From the NCBI GenBank assembly GCA_016840855.1, contig JAEORO010000060.1:7812-71811 (forward strand): 64,000 nt of DNA, read 5' to 3'. The translations under genes and the position numbers were made by a program. The DNA comes from Candidatus Thorarchaeota archaeon (GTDB lineage: Archaea; Asgardarchaeota; Thorarchaeia; Thorarchaeales; Thorarchaeaceae). This document shows, piece by piece, positions 36,626 to 44,107 of the stretch. The notes beneath the pieces are model-generated. The model had not been told where the DNA came from. It worked only from the letters and a program-made list of their open reading frames with translations, and ran no database searches. How positions within the stretch are numbered: the stretch's first letter is position 1; each line of letters begins with the position of its first letter.

Positions 36626-36763
36626 GGGGTGGTGGCCTAGTTCGGTATGGCGACGGGCTCCAGATCTAGGTGCGTAACGCACCTGAATTGGACGGGGTCA
36701 ATAAATGACCGTCGTCATGAAGACACTCGTCGATCGGGAGTTCAAATCTCCCTCACCCCACCA
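36626..36763 (+). tRNA. tRNA-Trp (anticodon CCA) with 61-nt intron at 37/38, CCA encoded
   Basis: GGGGTGG-TG-GCCT..TGGC-G-ACGGG-CTCCAG[61 nt]A-CTCGT-CGATC-GGGAG-TTCAAAT-CTCCC-TCACCCC-A-CCA. Lengths sum to 77 + 61 = 138 nt. Confidence 0.8.
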
Positions 36764-36837
36764 TACACGTTTGTTGGTTTTTCTACTACCGATCTAGAAT
36801 CCGTGATGATAATAAGTCTCAGGGCTGGATGTAAACT

Positions 36838-37527
36838 ATGGTCAAAACAAAGACACAACTGTATGGCATTTGCGGAGTCGATGAAGCAGGTCGAGGACCA
36901 ATGATTGGGCCTATGGTAATCTGTGGGGTTGTCATCGATCCAGATTGTATTCAAGAGCTTCAAAAGCTGGGCACTCGTGATTCGAAGACTCTTTCGCCCT
37001 TGCGTCGTACTGCACTAAGTAAAAAAATCAAGAAAATAGCTGTTGCTACAAGATTCAGATCTATCTCTGCTGTAGATATCGATAGGCGTAGAAAACATAC
37101 GACCCTGAATGAGATTGAGGTTGATGAGTTCGTTTCTATTTTACGTGAGTTAAAACCAAAGACAATCTATTTGGATGCTGCTGATGTGAAAGCTGATAGA
37201 TTTGGTAGGGTAATTGGAGAGAAGAGTGGTCTCTCAGTAAAGGGAGCAGTAATCATATCGGAACATAAAGCTGACTCAAGATATCCCATAGTTTCTGCAG
37301 CCTCAATCTTAGCTAAGGTTGAACGAGATCGAATCATTAGCAACCTACATGAGAAATATGGTGACTTTGGGTCTGGATATCCGTCTGATCCCAAGACTGT
37401 TGAGTTTGTGAGAGACTTAGTAAGAGCCAACAAGAAGCTGCCACCGATTATCCGAAAAAGCTGGGATTCTGTTAAGAGAATTATCGATGATGAATCAACT
37501 AAACAAGCCGCCCTTGACTCATTCTGA
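36838..37527 (+). CDS. rnhB: Ribonuclease HII
   Basis: GVDEAGRGPMIGPMVICGV, DSK.L, SAASILAKV.RD. Confidence 0.9.
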   Translation: MVKTKTQLYGICGVDEAGRGPMIGPMVICGVVIDPDCIQELQKLGTRDSKTLSPLRRTALSKKIKKIAVATRFRSISAVDIDRRRKHTTLNEIEVDEFVSILRELKPKTIYLDAADVKADRFGRVIGEKSGLSVKGAVIISEHKADSRYPIVSAASILAKVERDRIISNLHEKYGDFGSGYPSDPKTVEFVRDLVRANKKLPPIIRKSWDSVKRIIDDESTKQAALDSF

Positions 37528-37528
37528 T

Positions 37529-38494
37529 TCACTGGCTTGATCGTTCGTCAATTATCTTCTTGAGTTCACGTGGTTTCTCAATACCATCAAGCTCAAGCTG
37601 CCTAATCACCGGTAAATCGGATACACTTTCACCAGCTTTTCCTTCTTCAACGATTATGACTGCATCAGATTCTGTCACTTTTGAAACACTCTTGAGAATT
37701 TCCATCCGTTTCTTAAGAGTCCAACTTGCGATAGAACCGACTCCAGACATTAGTGGTGGTCCTTCTTCTTTTGCTGCAACATGGAATGGTGCCCGGTTTG
37801 TCCAAAGGACTTTCATTCCCAAGCGTTCAAAGAATTCATTCACACGTTTCTCTAGTTCAGGTGTTTCTTGCGGTGGTTTATCCAACTGTCGATATGGTTT
37901 CTCCATCGGTTTCTCTTGCAGCAAATCAATGGGAATCATCAGATCTGTTTCAAGTACCTTTTCAAGTCTTTCAGCAATGTCGGAACTGACATCCATCTCA
38001 TCTTTTTCATATGCGAGTACTGCTCTTGCAGATACCTGAATACAGTCAGCAAGCTCTTCTGTCGTCATTTGTTGGTTAAGTCGAGCCTCTCGAAGTTTGG
38101 ACCCATCGATTGCAACGAAACGACCACCTCTCTGAATAAACTCTCTAGGTAGCTGTCTTTCTGCAATCATGCTCTGAAAACTGGGAGGAGCGATTGTGGA
38201 TACACCATATCTCTTGTAGACCACTCCAGGGTCCAACTCTCCTCGCCTTGTCTTAGTTCCCACAACAAGAGGTGTTGCATTGAAGAAATGTGCTACTAGT
38301 TGAAGAGCAATTGCATCTTCACTACTAAGGGCGTCAATGTTTGCAAGTACTTTTACCAGAATGAGCTGTTCATCCCTTCGTGCGACAAGATCAAAGCAGC
38401 TTGGTCGAACATCACATTGTGAAGAAAGTCTAAACCCAGCATCCTCTAGATGGTTAACAACTTCCTGCATTAGCTGAGTTCTTGCTTTAGTCAA
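37529..38494 (-). CDS. Archaeal HTH transcriptional regulator (COG1395-like)
   Basis: The N-terminal domain (CFDLVARRDEQLILVKV) resembles a restriction-endonuclease-like fold. Central XRE HTH: MTTEELADCIQVSARAVLAYEKDE. Confidence 0.6.
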   Translation of the reverse strand: MTKARTQLMQEVVNHLEDAGFRLSSQCDVRPSCFDLVARRDEQLILVKVLANIDALSSEDAIALQLVAHFFNATPLVVGTKTRRGELDPGVVYKRYGVSTIAPPSFQSMIAERQLPREFIQRGGRFVAIDGSKLREARLNQQMTTEELADCIQVSARAVLAYEKDEMDVSSDIAERLEKVLETDLMIPIDLLQEKPMEKPYRQLDKPPQETPELEKRVNEFFERLGMKVLWTNRAPFHVAAKEEGPPLMSGVGSIASWTLKKRMEILKSVSKVTESDAVIIVEEGKAGESVSDLPVIRQLELDGIEKPRELKKIIDERSSQ

Positions 38495-38575
38495 ATGTCT
38501 TTACCACTGCTTTCTCTATTTCGAACCTTTTTCAGCATATCTAATAGTGAAAATATGGCCCTTGCTTCCATTTTA

Positions 38576-39037
38576 TCAATCAAAATTGAAACTTGAGTCT
38601 TCTTTTGACGAAATAACAATTCCAATGGTGGTTGTAGATGGCAATTTTTGTCTGAGTATTTGGACCTGAGGTCTGGCTAGTTTCTCAACCGGTTTCCATC
38701 CGGAGAATTCTTCCCACCCTAGGTCAACATATCCTATGATTCTATGGATTAAAAATAATTCGATTTTGTTGCCAGCTACTGTATAGATACCATGTCCATA
38801 ATCTAGTCGTCTGAGGATTACAATTGGCAAGTTGATGTCTTTATGGAACTTGTTTGGTACTTCAAGACTGATTTTTTCTATCTCTTCAATCTGGAATACT
38901 GAGATTTCTCCAATCCGTGTCCTAAAGTGTGGTGAAGTAACACCAATCAACTCGCTCAGAGGAACTCTTGATTCAGGGAGGTGGTCGTTAAGCGTATCAA
39001 TATCATGCTCAATCATCTTGTCAATGAACTTGCTCAC
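38576..39037 (-). CDS. UPF0216/DUF61-like protein
   Basis: FIDKMIEHDIDTLNDHLPESRVPLSELI...LPIVILRR resembles UPF0216 proteins. The GTG at 39037 overlaps the fibrillarin TGA (GTGA). The ORF also opens at TTG 39061. Confidence 0.5.
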   Translation of the reverse strand: MSKFIDKMIEHDIDTLNDHLPESRVPLSELIGVTSPHFRTRIGEISVFQIEEIEKISLEVPNKFHKDINLPIVILRRLDYGHGIYTVAGNKIELFLIHRIIGYVDLGWEEFSGWKPVEKLARPQVQILRQKLPSTTTIGIVISSKEDSSFNFD

Positions 39038-39747
39038 GTCAGTTCCTCCGTGACTCGGCAAACAATGAATCGGTGGTCCTTTTCAAGAGGACTCAGGTCG
39101 ATGTTATCAACCACTTGAAGCCCAAAATTATCAAGTGTCGCTATTTCTTTGCTATAAATCTCATCGAGATCAGATGCTGAATCGATGCTTCTTGCTTTGA
39201 TTGCCAACATGCCCCATGCACCAAAAGAACTGAATGTTTTGAGGTTCTCATATAGAATGGTTGCTTGGTTTGGTTGTGCAACATCTTGATAAACCACATC
39301 AATTGGACCAGCAACCACTGATGCATATCGTGTAGGATGTCTCGCGTCTTCGACAATAGGGATTATGTTAGGACGATTCGCAGCTAGATGAATCAGCTCT
39401 CTTGCAGTTCTCTCTGAGAACTCTACTGCGTAAACTATGCCGTTTTTACTCACTATGTCAGAACAGTGACTCACAGTAGTGCCTGACGCTGCGCCAAGGT
39501 AGAGAATCTGAGAACCAGGCTGAATTGGCATCTCTGAGAGACCATTCCTTATTGCGGCGGAGAGTTTTGATCTCCGAGTAGACCAAATTCGATATTCTTT
39601 TTCTTCATAACTAATGAGTTTCTCACCGTACACACTGATGCCAGGCGCAATTGACTCTGTACAGAGTGATGTGCGCTCATCATCCTTGATTGTATAAACT
39701 CCAGAAAATTGATGAGGAAGTACTGTTACCACTCTACCTACCTCCAC
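39034..39747 (-). CDS. flpA: Fibrillarin-like rRNA/tRNA 2'-O-methyltransferase
   Basis: W...RSKLSAAI, ILYLGAASGTTVSHCSDIV, YAVEFS.RTARELI, DARHPTRY. Confidence 0.92.
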   Translation of the reverse strand: MEVGRVVTVLPHQFSGVYTIKDDERTSLCTESIAPGISVYGEKLISYEEKEYRIWSTRRSKLSAAIRNGLSEMPIQPGSQILYLGAASGTTVSHCSDIVSKNGIVYAVEFSERTARELIHLAANRPNIIPIVEDARHPTRYASVVAGPIDVVYQDVAQPNQATILYENLKTFSSFGAWGMLAIKARSIDSASDLDEIYSKEIATLDNFGLQVVDNIDLSPLEKDHRFIVCRVTEELT

Positions 39748-40966
39748 GTCTTTTCTTTGACCGACCTCTGCTTTCGCGTTTTTTCTTAGGTTCAGGTTTG
39801 GGTTTTGGTGGTTTGGGAGGGGGCGCCTCAGGGTTTTGTTTCCGTATCTCCTCTACCCTCGAAATGAACTGGTCTCTGAGATTAGCGCCTACATCTCTAT
39901 TGGAATAGGCATCGATTCTTGCCGCTATTGAGAGTTTCCCAGCAAGAGATCGTGCAATCTTCCCTCTTTGCCAGTATGGTGCGTTGTTCACTTCTGGAAC
40001 TCGATAGATAATACCATGTTTAGGAGGGTCTGCACCAGTTTTCAGGCTCCTGAAGAGAGCTTTCTCTGCACCGAAGACCTGAATTGTACTAGATGGCTTT
40101 CTAGCAAGCTCCTTCAAAGACCCAGCCAGACTAATCAAACGGGCTCCAATCATTGGCCCTGCGAGTGCTCCAATATTTGGAGCTACAGTGCTCATCATTG
40201 TACTGATGTAGGCTTCTAGCTCAGTTCTCATTTGTAATAAGCCATTCACACTCTTAGCAAGGTTGGTTATTATAGCAAGATCAGTGTCCAGTAATTCAGC
40301 ACCGATATCACCGGTTAAAGCTTTGAGCACCTGTTCTGTAACTGCATCAGGTATCCCTACCGATTGCATACAATCTTTGTTGATGTTGGTCTTTCCAGCA
40401 CAAGCATCTAGAATCTTAGCAAATGCTACTTGGTCTTCAACCAATCTATTTAGTGATGGATGATGTAATGAGTACCATTCACGCAGACGCATAATTAGCA
40501 CATTGATTGATTTGTCTATCTCATCAACAGCATCTATTGCGTTCTTTATGAGAAGATCTTTCTCTTCACTTGCTGCGCTTACACGCTTCTTTGCTAATAT
40601 GAGAGCGACCTCACGTCTGAATGCAGAGATGTCTTCAGATGTTGGTGTAATTCCCGCTTGAATCAGGTAGTCATCTTGGCTATCTCTGAACCATTTTAGA
40701 GCAGCTCCCTCCTCTATCCGTACATTGAGGTTCTTGATTTTTGAAATGGTCCGGGCAAACATGGCATCCTCAACAATAATTTCGTTTCCTTCAATTCCCT
40801 CCAGACCACCTTTAATTGTGTCAGTAGCAGTTTCATCAGTGATAGCCATCAGATTGGTAGCGGCTAAGTCAGAATCTGGATAGAACAAATATTTAGAGGT
40901 CACCTTTCCTTTCTCATCGAGAATGAAGAGCCCAAACACATTGATTGAAAGATAGACTGACACCAA
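39734..40966 (-). CDS. nop5: C/D box sRNP protein Nop5 (Nop56/58) with Lys/Pro/Arg-rich C-terminal tail
   Basis: The Nop domain (GARLISLAGSLKELARKPSSTIQVFGAEKALFR...PKHGIIY) overlaps the fibrillarin start. Tail: PPPKPPKPKPEPKKKRESRGRSKKRRGGR. Confidence 0.9.
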   Translation of the reverse strand: MVSVYLSINVFGLFILDEKGKVTSKYLFYPDSDLAATNLMAITDETATDTIKGGLEGIEGNEIIVEDAMFARTISKIKNLNVRIEEGAALKWFRDSQDDYLIQAGITPTSEDISAFRREVALILAKKRVSAASEEKDLLIKNAIDAVDEIDKSINVLIMRLREWYSLHHPSLNRLVEDQVAFAKILDACAGKTNINKDCMQSVGIPDAVTEQVLKALTGDIGAELLDTDLAIITNLAKSVNGLLQMRTELEAYISTMMSTVAPNIGALAGPMIGARLISLAGSLKELARKPSSTIQVFGAEKALFRSLKTGADPPKHGIIYRVPEVNNAPYWQRGKIARSLAGKLSIAARIDAYSNRDVGANLRDQFISRVEEIRKQNPEAPPPKPPKPKPEPKKKRESRGRSKKRRGGR

Positions 40967-41081
40967 TTATCCTTCCTATGGAAATCTGACTGTTGAAAAG
41001 GTTGAACTCCGGATAAGTTTGTTGTCATGACTCCACTTAGCTTATTACAGAGCAGTTGGTAATCCTGTACAAGGTGTCAGA

Positions 41082-41957
41082 TTGAAAATCACAGGTTACT
41101 GGCTAGCTTCTGGGGTGCTCGGGGTTACAGCCGCTTCCATGGGCCGAGTGATAGAATCTGGAGCAGATGTGGTTGTGACAAAATCCATTAGCCTAAACCC
41201 TCGACAAGGCCATTCAGGTCCAGTCATCGCAACATCTCACGAAGGACTCATCAATGCGGTGGGTCTAACAAACCCGGGAATAGATGCTTTCAAAGAAGAG
41301 ATGGAAACTCTAAGAGAACAGAATATACCTGTGGTCCTTAGTATCTTTGGAAATTCGATTGAAGAAATTAGAGAAGTGGCTCTCAAAGGTGTCCAGCTGG
41401 AGCCGTCAGCCATTGAACTAAATCTCTCTTGTCCTCATGCAGAAATTGGGCAAATTGCACATAGCCCAGATTTGACACACAAGTATGTTGCTGCGGTCAA
41501 AGATGTAGTAGATTGTCAGGTATTTGCCAAACTTACACCCAACGCCTCTGATGTAATTTCAGTTGGAAAAGCTGCTGAAGATGCTGGAGCTGATGCTGTC
41601 GTTGCTATAAACACGCTTCGAGGAATGAAGATTGATATTTATCAGATGCGACCAGTACTAGGTAACAAAGTAGGGGGCCTTTCAGGGCCACCAATTTTTC
41701 CAGTCGCAGTGAGATGTGTCTATGATTTGAGTCAGGCTTTGACAATACCAATAATCGGAGTAGGAGGTGTTTCTACATGGGAGGATGCCATAGAGATGCA
41801 TCTGGCTGGTGCTAGTGCGATTCAGATTGGTACTGCACTCATTGGAGGAATGAACATTTTTTCAAAAATCAAAAAGGGCGTCGCAAAATATCTGGATGAA
41901 ATGAATATTTCAGAAATATCTGAAATCATTGGTGCTGCATGGAGGTCTATCTCTTGA
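41082..41957 (+). CDS. pyrD: Dihydroorotate dehydrogenase (class 1B) catalytic subunit
   Basis: ASGVLG, NLSCPH, AINT..G, IIGVGGV. TTG start; the N-terminus is short relative to the family. Confidence 0.85.
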   Translation: MKITGYWLASGVLGVTAASMGRVIESGADVVVTKSISLNPRQGHSGPVIATSHEGLINAVGLTNPGIDAFKEEMETLREQNIPVVLSIFGNSIEEIREVALKGVQLEPSAIELNLSCPHAEIGQIAHSPDLTHKYVAAVKDVVDCQVFAKLTPNASDVISVGKAAEDAGADAVVAINTLRGMKIDIYQMRPVLGNKVGGLSGPPIFPVAVRCVYDLSQALTIPIIGVGGVSTWEDAIEMHLAGASAIQIGTALIGGMNIFSKIKKGVAKYLDEMNISEISEIIGAAWRSIS

Positions 41958-41971
41958 GAGTGGAAAATCTC

Positions 41972-42778
41972 ATGGGAAATCCCCAATCTGTATATGTCTT
42001 AGATGTTATTCACGAAACTGAAAACGTACGTACAATCGTTATCGATGTCAAGAAACGCATCCGAAAGTTCGCTCCTGGCCAGTTCCTGATGGTGTGGATT
42101 CCAGGAGTTGATGAGATTCCTATGAGCATATCTTTGTGGGACCCACCGAGAGTTGGAATTACAGTTCTCCCTATTGGTGAAGGAACAGAAGCGCTTGTTT
42201 CACTACAAAAAAGAGACTGGATTGGTATTAGAGGACCTTTCGGATCGTCTTTCTCTCTTGAGTCAAGGAAAGCTTTGGTGGTCGGTGGTGGAGTTGGAGT
42301 GTCGCCTCTGAAGCCCTTAGTTTATGACCTTCTCAGGAGTGGAACTGAAGTAACAATGTTGATTGCAGCAAAAACCAAGCAGGAGTTAATATTCTTTGGA
42401 GAGTTCTCACGATTATTGAATGAGAGATTTGTTTTAAGAACATCGACTGAAGATGGGTCTGAGGGTTTCGTGGGATTGGCTACTGACGCTGTGAAGGAGA
42501 TTCTTCTAGAGAACCAATTTGATACATTATATACATGCGGTCCTGAGCTAATGATGTATGGTCTATATGATTTAGTTAAAGAAAGTAGGATGTCATTTCA
42601 AGCATCACTCGAGCGATTCATGAAATGTGGATGTGGTATCTGTGGAACCTGTTCCCTTGATCCTATAGGGTCACTAGTATGTGTTGATGGTCCAGTATAC
42701 AGTGGAAAACAGCTATCGAAAATCATAGAATTTGGCAAGTATCATAGGGATGCAGTAGGCAAGAGGAGGAAATTTTGA
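41972..42778 (+). CDS. pyrK: Dihydroorotate dehydrogenase electron-transfer subunit
   Basis: FAD/NAD-binding fold and a C-terminal 2Fe-2S motif CGCGICGTC..C. Confidence 0.85.
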   Translation: MGNPQSVYVLDVIHETENVRTIVIDVKKRIRKFAPGQFLMVWIPGVDEIPMSISLWDPPRVGITVLPIGEGTEALVSLQKRDWIGIRGPFGSSFSLESRKALVVGGGVGVSPLKPLVYDLLRSGTEVTMLIAAKTKQELIFFGEFSRLLNERFVLRTSTEDGSEGFVGLATDAVKEILLENQFDTLYTCGPELMMYGLYDLVKESRMSFQASLERFMKCGCGICGTCSLDPIGSLVCVDGPVYSGKQLSKIIEFGKYHRDAVGKRRKF

Positions 42779-42824
42779 ACCTCAGTTGAAGTTAGGAGGC
42801 AGATTGTTTGCAAAAGACGTTGGA

Positions 42825-42986
42825 TTATTTTCTGACTCCAACAACTTGGCCCTTTACGTATCGTTTAACATAGTTTCTTTTATTGCGTATTCGAGGAATT
42901 GGTGTGTGTCTCTCACGACCATGAACTTTAGGTGTGGATTCGCGAACCTTTCCAGCTTTTGTAAGTGAACCGTGTGAACCAGGCAT
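42825..42986 (-). CDS. rps30e: 30S ribosomal protein eS30 (53 aa, below the ORF-track cut-off)
   Basis: Hand translation of the minus strand gives MPGSHGSLTKAGKVRESTPKVHGRERHTPIPRIRNKRNYVKRYVKGQVVGVRK*. GSLTKAGKVR..TPKV is the eS30 signature. Confidence 0.8.
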   Translation of the reverse strand: MPGSHGSLTKAGKVRESTPKVHGRERHTPIPRIRNKRNYVKRYVKGQVVGVRK

Positions 42987-43098
42987 TTTGTGCTCCTCTG
43001 TAAAGGACTTAGTTGTAGGTCCGAATTGTTCTCATAAAAAGCTATCCAATTGACCCCCTATTGTACGACCTTAATAACCCCGGTAGATACCCGACTAC

Positions 43099-43677
43099 AT
43101 GACCCAGCCACGGCTGCGCTTACTAACGACTCCTTCCCACATCGAAAACCACACACCGCTTTATGTTGACGTCGATAGTGCGCGGCTGTGGAATCTTGTT
43201 GAAGATGATGCAGTTCATCTGATTCTTAGGAAGCCTGCTCTACTTGAACTTGCTCGCAGATGTGATCCTCTTCTCATGGATTACTGCGAGAACCTACTTT
43301 GTTCAGATGAATATGAAAAGTGGCTCTTAGGTGTAGACCTACTTGTGGTTATAGGCACTCCTGATGCGGTTGATCGTTTGATTCTTGTCTATGCGCAATC
43401 ACTGAATGATGAGAGAAAATATGTCCTATCCATGGTTGCGAAGATTCTAACAGCTGAACATGTCAAACCTTTCAGTATCATGGTTCGAGATGTGGCAATT
43501 CCTGGCGAACTGGATGTAACTGGATGGACAAGGACGGCTATTTCCACATTAAAAGACGCTTGCAGGCGATTTGGAATTGAAACATATGGAGATGGAGAGA
43601 GAAATGTAAGCAGGGATGCTACTGAGTCACTGGAAATTAGAAACCCTGATGAGATATCTCCGATGTCTGATAGTTGA
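43099..43677 (+). CDS. Hypothetical protein, possibly HEAT/ARM-like helical repeats
   Basis: ORF track. Helical-repeat-like segments (LLELARRCDPLLMDYCENLL, GTPDAVDRLILVYAQSL). Confidence 0.4.
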   Translation: MTQPRLRLLTTPSHIENHTPLYVDVDSARLWNLVEDDAVHLILRKPALLELARRCDPLLMDYCENLLCSDEYEKWLLGVDLLVVIGTPDAVDRLILVYAQSLNDERKYVLSMVAKILTAEHVKPFSIMVRDVAIPGELDVTGWTRTAISTLKDACRRFGIETYGDGERNVSRDATESLEIRNPDEISPMSDS

Positions 43678-43697
43678 GAGAGAGGATTGAACTTCTC

Positions 43698-43711
43698 TCT
43701 AAACGAGACTC
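43698..43711 (+). repeat. Direct repeat copy 1: TCTAAACGAGACTC
   Basis: Exact 14-mer, repeated at 44021-44034. Lies right after the hairpin GAGAGA (43678-43683) / TCTCTC (43694-43699), and 19 nt upstream of the TATA-like TTTGTATATT. Confidence 0.6.
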
Positions 43712-43977
43712 TTTGTTTGCAAATACAGTTTTGTATATTCCAAATAAAGTCCACTGAATTGGGCTTGCGTTATGTGTATATTCTACATATTTTGTTCAAC
43801 TTGTGATACTCATTCTGTCGGTTATTTTCATTTTATCTCGATTAGATGTTCTATGGCTACACTATGTCAGTGATATGACAATGTCTCCGAAAGATAGAGT
43901 TGGCGAAAACGAGCCTTGGTCCGAATAGGATCTCGGATTGCATTTATTTGGAACTTCAGCAAGTACCAAATCTATAT

Positions 43978-44008
43978 CGTCCCATAATGGGACGACTTGG
44001 TTTTTTTT
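43978..44008 (+). terminator. Strong hairpin plus T8 terminator-like element
   Basis: CGTCCCA (43978-43984) TAA TGGGACG (43988-43994), followed by ACTTGG and TTTTTTTT (44001-44008). Confidence 0.45.
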
Positions 44009-44020
44009 CTTTAGTTGTTG

Positions 44021-44034
44021 TCTAAACGAGACTC
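44021..44034 (+). repeat. Direct repeat copy 2: TCTAAACGAGACTC
   Basis: Exact copy of 43698-43711. Lies 20 nt upstream of the TATA-like TTCTAAAAT (44054-44062) and 74 nt upstream of the ATG at 44108. Confidence 0.6.
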
Positions 44035-44107
44035 CTTAAGGTCGTAAAAACAATTCTAAAATGCTAAACATAGTCATTAATGACTTGTATTCTTGGGGAC
44101 ACTCTGA

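Noticed and set aside
36663-36723. tRNA-Trp intron as a C/D box sRNA
   Set aside because: Only one CTGA and some degenerate ATGA-type elements are present. No RUGAUGA C box occurs in the right order, and the candidate guide segments resemble the exon rather than complementing it.
41027-41084. Possible frameshift at the pyrD 5' end (ATG at 41027 is out of frame and stops after 11 codons)
   Set aside because: The pyrD frame is open only from 41031, and TTG 41082 gives a protein starting just before the conserved ASG motif. No evidence for a disrupted gene beyond a slightly short N-terminus.
42786-42968. 60-aa plus-strand ORF
   Set aside because: The opposite strand encodes a convincing eS30 ribosomal protein.
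43745-43765. Replication origin hypothesis for the AT-rich spacers (43.7-44.1 kb and 50.5-51.2 kb)
   Set aside because: There is only a single ORB-like half-site in each (TCCACTGA at about 43751 and about 50566). There are no inverted ORB pairs and no orc1/cdc6 gene nearby. An 8-mer shared twice in 64 kb is within chance expectation.
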